DNA from: Rhizaria sp. SCN 62-66
Lineage: Eukaryota
Direction: 5' to 3'
Assembly: GCA_001724265.1 (NCBI GenBank)
Contig: MEDY01000161.1
Span: forward strand, 62,001 to 123,496
DNA length: 61,496 nucleotides
Under the pieces are notes generated by a model. The model searched no databases and was not told the DNA's origin. It was given only the letters and a program-made list of their open reading frames with translations. The first letter of the stretch is position 1, and each line of letters starts with the position of its first letter. Made by a program: the position numbers and the translations under genes. Below, piece by piece: positions 11,638 through 22,629 of this stretch.

Positions 11638-14600
11638 TCATTCCTTTTTCGCATTCGTTGCAACTCCTTTAGTCCCGTCCAAATGAACGTAGTACAGAGG
11701 CAGCTTCTTGCCATTTTCAATGTCATCCGCTGTCACACCCTCCTCACCTTTGTTGATTTGCTACTTCGTCAAAGGCTTCTCCTGTGTAATTTCTTGCTTA
11801 ACGTAGGCATGTGTCGACATGATTACAATATCGACGTCGATCTCGTCACCCTTCGGCAATCCCAGTGTAATCCCCAACAAACGCTTGAACTCTTGAACCT
11901 TTTTGTAAACGCGCCCAGGGAAAAAAGAATGCATATTGCCGATTGTGAATTGGATTAGAGCGAGGCGGGGCTTCTTGATTCTCTCACCAGGGATAGGCTC
12001 CTTGATAAACCCATGGGGATGATCAATAAAGTATGAGTCAAAGTCAGGATGAGTTGGGGACAATGCATCAAGACGCCAGGTTAAACGCGCTAGAGCAGAG
12101 TGACCTGCGTCCTCACGTACATCACCGGAAAAAGATCGAAGGGAGCACAGCGAGTCTGCAACAAGACGATATGGTGTGTCGTCACCATCGAAAGTTGCCA
12201 CGTTGACGTTGCGTTGCTGATGCTTCTTTGGATAGCGGCGCAAGTACGACATATCGATAGGAGGACGAGTAACTTCGCCGTAGGCGTCCCGAGGTACGTA
12301 CTGCTCCACATGTGCCATCTGAAGCAACATAAAGACATCCCCCTTGGGACGATTTGGAAGCAAAAACATAAGATCGAGCAGGTTGCCAGAGTATCCAAAC
12401 GAGCAAAGGCGGTCAAATAAAGCCGTCGCAGCCTCATCGCTTGTCCATTCAAGGCCACAGTTACTGAGATATTTGACATAAACAAGCACTTTTGCAGTCA
12501 TCTTCTCGATGTCATGCTTAGTTGTTGTTATCTTGCACTTTTTGATCCACTGCGGAAGCGCCGTCTCGGGTTTTGGCATACTGTGATCAGCCCTGCTCGT
12601 AACGATGTAGTGTGAATTCATGAAAAAAATACCATCACCTGAATACATTTTGTCCGCTAAACCCTCCCGAAAACAAACATACCGTAGCTTGTCGAAAACG
12701 TGTTGGTCAACACGGTTAATCAGGCGCTCCAAAGCTTGTTCTGCTCCCAGGAAAGTGGAAACTCCATATGCAGGGTTTTCCGCATTACTGGCATGTTCAG
12801 CTTTCAAGGCTACATGAAAGCTCCCAGCGAACAATTTGACAAGTTTATCAACTTTGGGTAAATCTGCCAAACGCTTCTTGCCTAAGAGGCGAAGTCCTTC
12901 GTCGATCTCTTCATATGTCCACGCATATGACCATAGATCAATAACATTTCCGTCCTTAGGAAAGTCTTCAACACCCTTGCTGATGTTCCTATAATGTCGT
13001 ACATCAGGAGATGTTGCAATTACACTTGTCGCAATATAGCTCTCATGGTAAAGAGGCAGAATATCACCCTCATTGGGATCAAAGAGGTACACAGTGTTCT
13101 GCTTGCGTAACCATCTCTTAGCATCGTCTGGCTTCAGCGTCATCACCGTGTCGCTGTTGTGCGCGTACAGATAGACCCCGTCGCCTGCATTATGACAAAG
13201 TACGTCCATCCCGAGCTCAAAACGTGCGACGTACCAAAGCAAGTTAAGCATCACAGTCTTGCCAGTACCAGGCGGGCCGCGAACTAAACATGTGTTCGCA
13301 AGCCCGTACTATTTTGCCCGACGTGCGCACAGCTGAGACAACAGAAGATTGTACAAATTAGTATGCGACTTGCGCAGCATCAATAAAGAAAGACCCTGGT
13401 TACCAGGAAGAAATTTGCCACCAAAAGGAAAGCTCGCTTTGGTATTGGGTTTGTCAAGAAGCATTGGAGCGGCGAGAGTATGGAAGAGATCAGACTCAAC
13501 CTCGTCCCATTTTATTGAAGCATGGGCTGCAAGGAACGCAGTGAAATTGGCTTGGATGCCAGCACCAGCCATCTTCATTGCGTCACCCAAGGAAGGCATA
13601 TACCTCCGGAGCTTGTTTTCCACTTCTGCAACATGAATCGCCGCTAGCTCCAGCTGAATCTGTGCCGCCTTCTTGTTTGCGGGATGCTCGTTTAAGTGCA
13701 TCTTTAGCTGTAGGTGATCGCGCGCAGCTTGAGCTGACATTAGGTCACGCTCGATAGAAGCGACCTCAAGCTTTTGAAATACGACGCCGCGGTTCGCAAT
13801 CGCATTCTCGACTGTGCGTTCAGCCGTCGCCAACCTAGACGCGGCATTACTGAGCTTAGAATCATGTGCGACCTCGTCTCTGTCTTCGGGTGACACAGCA
13901 TTTTGGGCTTGATTCGCGACGTTATAAGCTCCACGGGCCTCCTCGCAATCGACTCGAGCAATTGCAATATCAAAGTCAGCAGACTTCAGGTTGAACTCAG
14001 CTTCAGCAACATGATACTCGGCTGTGGTCTAGTTATAGGTAGCTTTAGCTCGCGACAACAATTGTTCAGTGTCAGGAGAGAAGAGAGCCGCAACGTCGTT
14101 TGGTGCCTTCGCGGAAACGATCTGAGCACGACGCTTTGCCTCCGTAGCGTCAGCCATCACCGCCGCCGCCTCCTTGACTGCAGCTTTAAGCTCATCCATC
14201 TGCTGCTTAGCCTCTTCCTTCGCCAACTCGGCCTCTTCCTTCGCCAACGCAGCCTTAGCTATATCGAGATTAGCTTGAGCAACTGCCACTTTTCGCTCAG
14301 CATTCGCGGTCTAAGCAGCAACGCGGTCGCGTTCAACTTCCGTGGCGGGGGGTGTTGACGTCATAACAAGCGTGGAATCAGCCGCATCGAGCAACTTTTG
14401 ATAGTGTGTAACAAGTAACCACCGCCTCTCGATTATCCTTTTGGCAGACGCAATACCTGACTGATACCGCGCGCGATAATCCCCAGCGATGCAAGCCAGC
14501 GCGGGAAGGACCACCGAGGGAGCAAGGAGGTCCGCCATGGGAAGGGGCTTGGAGTCGAGGAGAGTAGGGGGGGTTAGAGCAGAGGAAACGCCGACGGCGA

Positions 14601-14781
14601 CAGCGGACGCCCGACCGTCAGCGGTGCGAAGGGTGTCGACCGAGCCAAAATGGGGGCTACTAGGGACGGCGGAGCAGCTGGAACTTGCAAGCGAAGATGC
14701 GCAGGACATGTGTGCGGCAAGGCCTAGCCGTTCATTATCAGACGACTGCAGCTCAGCGGAGAGCGGCCTTGAGGGTCTCAT
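11638..14781 (-). CDS. Crinkler/RHS-type effector-like protein (coiled-coil + P-loop NTPase + REase-like C-terminus), ~1047 aa, with four in-frame TAG codons; start uncertain (frame open to 15087)
   Basis: Four track ORFs (14311-15087, 14029-14289, 13309-13896, 11761-13254) share one frame and are separated only by single TAGs. Motifs: Walker A GPPGTGKT at 13278-13255, Walker-B-like VYLFD, ATSPD..Y, WTYEEI, then PTHPDFD..LIQFTIGNMH resembling a CR-REase. The frame continues past the last TAG to TGA at 11638-11640. Confidence 0.75.
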
Positions 14782-15505
14782 TGTGACGAGCGGTGCCAAG
14801 GAACCTTCTGGAAAGTTTGTGAATAAAAAGGGAAGCAGGAGCGTAGCTGTGGGATATGACGTAAAAAAAATTAGGTATGAAACTAATAAGTCTATGATGT
14901 CAGTCGTCACGTTTGTCAATCTAGCGTTGCCGTAGTCCACTACATGCACTATTCGATGACGGCTCCGACATGAGATCACTTGTGGGGCCTGCGGACCCGA
15001 ACCAGCGAGCGAGAAGTTAGGCCGGTTTTGACCGACGGACAGGACTGTGAGCGACTGTGGTGACCATGTGAGCAACTGCTGGCTCATACGTTTACGAGGA
15101 GGTTAGCACAGCAGATTCTACGCGATAGCTGAATGCAGGAGAAGAAATATCACGAATTTACGTGGCCGCATATATGCGGATTTGTGCATGTACTTCTATT
15201 CCCCTATTCGCAAAGTCCTGAGGCAAACATGTCGTCTGCTTCTGCCCTCAGGGGCATGAGTAAGGCCCACTCGTGGCTGATTCCGACCAAGACAAATACG
15301 CACTTAGTGATCGCTACAGGGGGTATTATTAAGCGTCATAGTGTATTTAGTGCATATAACCAGAATAGCTATATTTCTCTTCCTAACTTCATTTTTATCA
15401 CATCTAACTCCTGCCCTCTCTGTCAACTCTCTTTGGACCCTCCACATTGCTCTTCCTAAAAGGTCATGGCGTTCCCTGCAGACTGCAATGAGTGCGCACA
15501 AAACC

Positions 15506-16000
15506 TCACTTGCGACGTAGAGACTTGTTCAGTGCCTCTTTGAGCTCCGCGTCAGTGATGCCGAGCATCTTGCTGAACCCCTTGATCACGAAGTGCGCCG
15601 GCATGGACTTGAACGCGAAGAGCATCGCCTGCATGCGCGACATCATCTTGGCGGCCGAAACTCCCTCGCGGCGAACATCGACTCTGCCCACGTCATTCAA
15701 GCAGCCCGCTAGTGTGCAGAGAAAGTCATGTTGGCGCAGCCGAGCGCGATATGACTTGAGGACGGTGAGGTCGAGTGGCCAGAGCAGGGACGTCCCGTGG
15801 GCAGGAACGTAAAGTAGCGTCACGTCGTTGTGATAACACAACTTGCGGAACAACGCTCTGAGGTGGCTGCGAGCGAAGTCGCAGACGAGCACATGGTACA
15901 GTTCTTGTAGCGGCCCACAAGCGTTGCGTCGCGCAGGAGCTGCACGTGCTCAGTGAATGACTCGCCGGTCGACATGGAGCTGCTGTTCACCTGAACAATT
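15506..16000 (-). mobile_element. Decayed pogo/Tigger-like DDE_1 transposase fragment
   Basis: LVCDFARSH..LLYVPAHGTSLLWPLDLTVLKSYR matches the DDE_1 pattern (LxxDxxxxH..P.xxTSxLQPLD). An upstream piece, NSSSMSTGESFTEHVQLL, lies in another frame (frameshift near 15900). No TIRs recognised. Confidence 0.65.
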
Positions 16001-16009
16001 ACGGCAAGT

Positions 16010-16620
16010 AAATTGCCGGAGCAAGGGGTCGAAGGCGGCGCTAAGGGCAAAGTCTGCAGCGTCTTCTTCACTACCTGGCGTAAAAACGCAATACAGGGCA
16101 TCGTACGCCGCAGTGCAAATGTCATCATCGATATCCTGCTAGGAAATGTCATCATCGATATCCTGCTAGGAAATGTCGTCATCGATATCCTGCGTGCCGC
16201 CCGCGTGGCGCTCGAGCGCAGCGCGCAGCACGGGCACGAAGCCAGAGACGAGTGAATACGGCACGGGCGGGGTGCACATCTGACAGAGCGTGGCAATTGC
16301 TTAGAACAACATCGTTTGACACTCCAACGTGACAGACATTTTTGTTCTTGCTTTTTTTGCTGAGAGTCCTGCGACAGCTGAACTGAGTAAGCGAGCAGTT
16401 TGGTTAGCGCGGCATGCCTGGTGGGGGCATCAAGTGCCGAGGATGAAGCAATCTCATTAATGAGTTTTAGTAGACGAAGCGAAAGTTGGTTATTCTGGCC
16501 TGCAAGAAAGCACATGCACAGGTTCCCGATTGTGTCGCTCCCAACAAGCACGGCACACCCAGCTTCGACGCTGAAGTTGCCCCCCTGGTGCGAGATTTGC
16601 TCAAACATCGCGACAACCAG
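16010..16620 (-). pseudogene. Possible degraded ARM/HEAT-like helical-repeat coding fragments
   Basis: Minus-strand pieces GFVPVLRAALERHAG..DDDICTAAYDALYCV and QLSLRLLKLINEIA..TRHAALTKLL look helical-repeat-like. They lie in different frames with an intervening TAA. Confidence 0.3.
16117..16193. repeat. 27-bp tandem repeat, ~2.9 copies (AAATGTCATCATCGATATCCTGCTAGG)
   Basis: Units start at 16117, 16144 and 16171; the third is truncated and has one substitution. Confidence 0.95.
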
Positions 16621-17459
16621 TTCAAGCCGCTCAGTAAAGTCTTGATCGCCCGTCAGGTTAAGAAATGCATTCAGTATACCAACAACGTTGGCTTCAGCCA
16701 GTGGGGCGACGTCAAAGACCTTCCGGACGATATTCCTGAGTTTACGGAGATCATCAAGATTAGTCGAGAGTTAGCTAACTGGAGCCAATGCGGCGTAATC
16801 CGTTGCAGCCACTTGTCATGGATGGGTTTCTCATCTTGATAATTGTAATGATGAATTCGAATCATTGGTCCGAATGCTTAAAAGGCCTGAATGACAGGTT
16901 TACAAGCCTTGGTAAGGTCAACAACAACACTAACGAGTCAGGAACATTCGTGGAATCACAGGAAATCACGACCACAAAGACGTTCAGAGAGCATACATGT
17001 GTGTTGTGTGTTTCCAAGATTTGATATCAACAACAGTTACACAAGTAATATAAACTGTATATCGTCATCTTCTTCTATATTATAAACTAACGCCCGTTTC
17101 ACAATGAATACGCGACATGGTTGAAGTGGAAAAAGCAGGGTTTACACGGTTTTGATTTCGACCACAAACTAGTAATAGTAAAGAGGAAGAAGAAAATAAT
17201 GTATGAACAGGATGCAACGGCTGTCCATACTCTTGGTTAGACCAGAGGGCGAGCCGTTTCTCCAAACTTCAGAGAGCTCTCGAGAGACATAGACATCGTC
17301 AAACGGAACTCTGATAGGATATGCGCAATCAACATTATTTTTTTAATTCTTTTATTAGTTTGTAATCTCAAGCAACTCCGGTTTATGCCATTAATTTCCT
17401 TCCTTTAGAGACCCCCAACAGAAGACAAGCAACAGGGTTGCAGACCGATCCTTTCCGAG

Positions 17460-20129
17460 ATGCTTGCCAATCCGCCCCAGGCTTCAACGGGTGCTGACCT
17501 GGCGTTTCCGCAGTCTCAACGTCCGCCATCTATGACCCTTAAGGTCCGTTGCTTTTTTCTCTTTCGCTCTAGGCTATATTCCATCTTTCATTGCTTTCAA
17601 CTGCTTGCTCGCTGCCATCGATCCCTCACGGGCATCTCCCTTGCACCACCATTCCCCATCACTATTTTTCCTGTTTAGGTTCACTGCCGCGAGATGCACA
17701 CGACGCTGCGCGTTGGCGGTGGCGAGCAGAACTTCAAATGGCTTGCCTTTGCGGTGCGCAACCTGTACGCGCAGCGGCACCCTGCGTATGATGTGGAGCA
17801 GTTCACTCCCGTGCTCGTCTGCGACAGCGAGCGTCGCCCTCTGTTCCCGCAATCAACAATCTGCGAGTGCGTCACCGACGGCGACGACGTCTTTGTTGAT
17901 CTTATTGGTCCTACTGCGTCGCTCAACGACGCAAACCGCGCGCGCGAGCGCAGTCTCTGGGAGCAGTATGCGCACAACCCTCCGTCGCACTTCAGCTCCA
18001 CGACGTTCTTCTTCGACGCCTCGGGCATGAGCGGGCTGCAGGGAGAGACCGTGGGTATTTTCGGCAACTTTAATGCTTGGTCCGTCCCAATCCCCATGCG
18101 CCCCATCGACAAGCACGTCTTCGAGCTCACGTTCGAGCTCCCCGTCGGCGCAGAGATCTGCTTCAAGTTCGTCCTCAACGACAAGCACGTCACTTCCACG
18201 CACTACCCCTTGATCCTGGACGAGAACGGTGTGCAGATGAACTACGTGCGCGTTAAGCTCCCGACCATTCCTTTGCTGGAGCCCGCGCAGAACGACCCCA
18301 CGCTGCTCGTCCCCGCGCCCGCGCTCACCGCCAACTCGTCCCGCATCGCGCGCGCCGCCGCCGTGAGCGCCGCCGCGGCGCTGCCGCCAGGGCTGGGCCC
18401 GCAGGCGCTGGCGCAGCTTGCCGTGTCCGCGCCCGACGTTGCGGCCGCGTTGCGCGGGCTCCCGCACAATGTCGACGCCGCGCCCGCCGTCGCCTTGGGC
18501 GTCGGCCTGCACCTCTCCTCCAAGGACTGGGGCGCCGCGGCGCACGCGGCCGTGGCTGAGCGCATCACGCGCAAGCCCGCATTCGCGCGCGCCGCCGCCG
18601 CGGTGCCCGCCAAGACGCTGTCGGTGCGCGTGACGGGCACGTTCGAGGGCGTGCAGCGGCTGAGCCTGGACATGCAGCGCCGACTGCTCGACTCGGACTG
18701 GACCAGCATTAACTGCCGCGACGTCGCGCGCGCGCCCGAGGAGCGCGAGGCTATCAAAGCCGTGCTGTGGGCGCACTCGGAGGAGCTGCGCCTGGCGTTC
18801 CGCTCCTACAGCTCGCTCGCGCCCGACTCGGACATCTCGCAGCTGTCCATCGTCACCTTCGCGCACGTCATGCACCTCTGCGGTGTCACGGACCCGCGCA
18901 TCTGCGCCGCCCGCTTGGAGCGCGTTGTAAACCCTGCGCTGATCGAGGAGGAGGAGACCCTGGCCGCCGCGGCCGCCGCGCGCCCGGGCGCCGTGCCGCT
19001 GCAGTCCCGCACGCTCGTCTCCGTGCGCCCCACCAAGGGCGACCCGTTCCATCCTGACACCCGCTTCGACCGCGCGGGCTTCTATTCGGCCATCATCCGC
19101 CTCGCCGCTGTCCAGCGCCCCGCGCTGCCGCCCTCGCAGGCGCTCGAAAGCTTCCTCACCGAGAACGTACTGCCCAACATCCTCCGCGCGGCCGCGGCGG
19201 CGCCCGCCAGCAACAGCGCCGCCGCGGCCGCCGCGGCCGCCGCCGCCGCTGCGGCTGCGGCAGCTGCGACAGGCGCCGCGGGCGCTGCGGCTGCGCCGGA
19301 GACCGACGTCTCACAGCGGATGCTGTCGCCTAAGGTGCAGAAGGTGTTTGCGCAGAACGCGCAGCGCCTGTGGTCGCTGTTCTCGCGCTTCGCCACCGTG
19401 CGCGAGCGTGGCGAAAGCAAGGGCACCGCCGCGCGCACCATCTCGTCCCGCGAGTACGAGGCCATCCTTCACGTACGTTTTGATGCAAGTTCACGCAAAC
19501 GTCAAATCAGCGTCATTGTCTTTTCACTCCTTTAGATCATATTTATTTTCTTCTTTTGTGTTCTCATCTTGCATTTGCATTTTCGATTTTTTTTTTTTTT
19601 TAAATATTTATAGGAATATAAGCTGTGCGACCAGTACCTCTCCCGCCGCCAGGCGCTGACGGCCTTCGCCCAGTCGGCCCGCGCTGCTGCCGCCGCCGCT
19701 GCCGCTGCTGCTGCGGGTGCCGCTGCGACGGCCGCCGCTACTGCCGCTGCGGCGACCCCCGGCGGCGTCACCGTGCCTGTGGCTGGTGCAGACCCCCAGT
19801 CGCTGACCACGCGCCCCACGCTCGCCACCGCCGCGGCCGCCAACGCCATCGCCGCTGCTGCCGCGTCCGCCGCGGCTGCCGCTGCCGACGCCGCCGCGAT
19901 GGCCTTCGCGGGCGGCCCCGCTGTGGCGTCCGCGGCCTCGGTCGCCGGCATGGACCTGAACCTCGAGGTGACGTATCCCGAGTTCCTTGAGGTCGTTGCC
20001 CGGTTCAGCGAGGCGCGCTTCCAGGGACCCAACCCGGCGCCGACGTCGCGCGCACACCTAGACTTGGCCGATAAGATCGAGCTCGCGCTGCAGCGCATGT
20101 TCCCCACCTCAGGCAGCCACGACATGTGA
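17460..20129 (+). CDS. Protein with an N-terminal ubiquitin-like region, a CBM48/AMPK-beta-like glycogen-binding domain and EF-hand-like C-terminal helices, ~797 aa; exons 17460-17543, 17679-19472, 19614-20129
   Basis: Phase-0 GT..AG introns. ETVGIFGNFNAWSVPIPM..FELTFELPVG..FKFVLND is CBM48-like. LNLEVTYPEFLEVVARF is EF-hand-like. Ends in TGA. Confidence 0.75.
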
Positions 20130-20491
20130 AGTGTGCAACAACTAAAAGAAGCAGTTTGATATTAGGATATAAACGTGTTTTTCTAATGACAGCCCGGCCA
20201 TGGGAGGTTAACACAACATTTTCACTTAAGTTAGAACATGTTGATGTTACTAGAAATGAAAAACAGAATTGACTGTTTTAACACTCAGCGTTGTAATTAC
20301 AAAGCATAATACAGTACAAACTTTTTTCACCCACACCCATCGATAGACGTTCTGTTTGTTGTTGTATTTCATAATCAATTTTCAATTTACGTTATGCACG
20401 TATCCAACCACAGCACAAGACGCTATTAATTGCTACGAAAACACGAGAAACAATGGAAAAGCCAGACCATACTCACATTCCCTCGTGCCAT

Positions 20492-22339
20492 TTACATTGC
20501 CGCGTGCGAGATATCATTACTGCCTCCAAAGATGTCCCCAAACAGCGTCTTCTCGCTTCTACTGCGGCGGCCCTCACGCATATTGAGACGACTGCCGCTG
20601 GCAGCTCCGGCGTCCGACGCAAGGCTGAACTCGCTCGCGCAGTAATACATCGCAGGTAGCAGCGTTAGCCCAGTAATCGTTATCGGGATTGACAGCAGAA
20701 GCGCCGTAAAGGCCTCACCGAGCACGCCGTAGGCGCTGTTATTGTTGATGCGCGAGCTGAAGCGGTGCAAGTAACCCTTCTCAGCCGCGCTGGCCATCAC
20801 GGCAACCGCGAGGACCTTGCCGAGGACAAAGCAGTCCCAGAACATGCCCGCCGTGAGATGGCAGCTGTCGGCGTCGGCCGTGAGCACGGACCGCAATCCG
20901 CGCGCAAGCCCACGCATCCAGGCCCACGCCGAGCCCAGCTGCCCTGCGCCCCCAGCGCCGTTAGCGGTGGCCGCAAGCAGGTCGCCAGCGCCCTGGATTG
21001 CGAGCCCGCGGAGTCCGTAGAGCGCGAAGGCCGCGGAGATGACTGTGAGCGCGAGGTAAAAGGCGCCCGTCGCGAAGTGCGCCGCGGCGGGCTTGGGCGC
21101 GGGGTGCGGCGCAACGCGGCGCGCGGCGAGGTACATGCTGAACGCGAAGGATAGACTCACAAACCAGGACAGACACTGGAAAAGGAGCAGGCCGCCGAGG
21201 AAAAGAGGCAGCTGACGCAGACCGTCGGACCACACTGGGCAGACGCGGGAAGTACGGTGATGCAACATCAAGATGAGCGTGATACCAGTTCAAAGCGAGC
21301 ACATGTTATCGTTTTTTTTTTTTTTTTAAAAAAAAGTCGGTATGTTTCTGTAATAATAAGTGTGGAACGAATTATCATGAAATAAATAGATTCTGTTTGT
21401 CTTGAGCCGCAGATACGTACTCCACGATGCCTTATGGCCGCTGCTTCCCTCATTCATCAACATGCCGCGACTCGCAACGCTGCCGTGGCTGCGGCCGCTT
21501 ATGCGCGCAGCGCAGCGGTCCTCCGCCCGCGCGACGCAGAGCCGGTAGAGGTAGCTGGCAACATGCGCCGTGCACATGACATCGCCTAGCACGAGCGACC
21601 ATAGCAGGAAGCGCGCCCCGGCGGTGTCGGTCAGACTGGCCCAGAGGGCTGCCCACGGCGACGGCGCCAGCGTACGCCACAGCCACGTCCACGCGCGCTG
21701 CGGCAGCGAGGCGGGCGCGAGGACCGCGGCGAGCTTACCGGGCAGCGGCAGCGGCGCCGTGGCGAGCCAGGAGAGCGTGTGCGGGAGGACGAGGAAGAGC
21801 GAGAGTAGCGCGAGGCCTAGGTACAGCCCCGTCAGCAGGTCGTTCTGGCTGCGGTCCGAGCCTGGAGCGCTGCCGTGGGCTGCAGCAAGGCGGGCAGAGG
21901 CGCGGCGCGAGGCGGGAAAAAGTGAGGACTGCGCGGGTGCGGGTGCGATGGAGCGGTTGGAGTCGCTGCCCATGTGCATGCTCGCGATGCCGCCGCTGGA
22001 GTTCTACCCGTCAGAGAAAAAGGAGAACGGGGCAATATCGCTGATCGAGGAAAAGCGCGGCAAAGAGAAATAGTCGGTAAAAAAGCCCTTGTTCTGCCGA
22101 GCTTGGTTGGCGGCGGCCGTAGCGGCGACGGCGGCGCGTGAGCGGGAGGCCGACGAGGGACGCGTGCGAATCGTGCCGCTGCTGCGCGGGGGCGACGGAG
22201 ATAGGCTACGCGGCGCCCGGCGAGCAGGGGACATGGAGCCTGACGCTTGCTGCGGTAGCGCCTTGGACTTAACGATGGCCGGGTGTGCGTCGGAGCGGCG
22301 CGCGCTCGTGCGGCGGCCGCGGACGTCAGACGTGGACAT
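20492..22339 (-). CDS. Multipass membrane protein of unknown function, ~553 aa; exons 22339-21421, 21234-20492; one in-frame TAG at 22004-22006
   Basis: ORFs 22004-22339 and 21326-21979 are in the same frame across a single TAG, with uniform GC-rich composition. GTACGT..CAG intron 21235-21420 restores the frame (W-M-W). Several hydrophobic helices. Ends in TAA. An alternative start exists at 21979. Confidence 0.65.
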
Positions 22340-22629
22340 CTCTGCATGCGCACAAAAGAGAAATCAGGAGATATGTATGGCTGACCAGATATTTTGAGAC
22401 ATGATATTTTTTGATCAACAAATATGCAACTTAAATTAATTGAAACAAACTTGAAGCAGCAATAATACTCGTATTATCCCCGAGAGGACGCTCTTTTGTT
22501 CAGGTTGGGATGCTGCTCAATCCCACCACAAAAGGCGACCGTGGAGCTGCGCTACCGAGGGCGCGAAGGGACAGGAAAAGTTTGTCATTTTTGAGCGCTT
22601 GTTGAGCGATTGTTGATCATTGAACAACG

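Noticed and set aside
11638-14781. Interpretation as a simple pseudogene or as four separate genes
   Set aside because: All interruptions are TAG, in one frame, with motifs intact and no indels, and the same pattern recurs in two unrelated genes. Not fully excluded without expression data.
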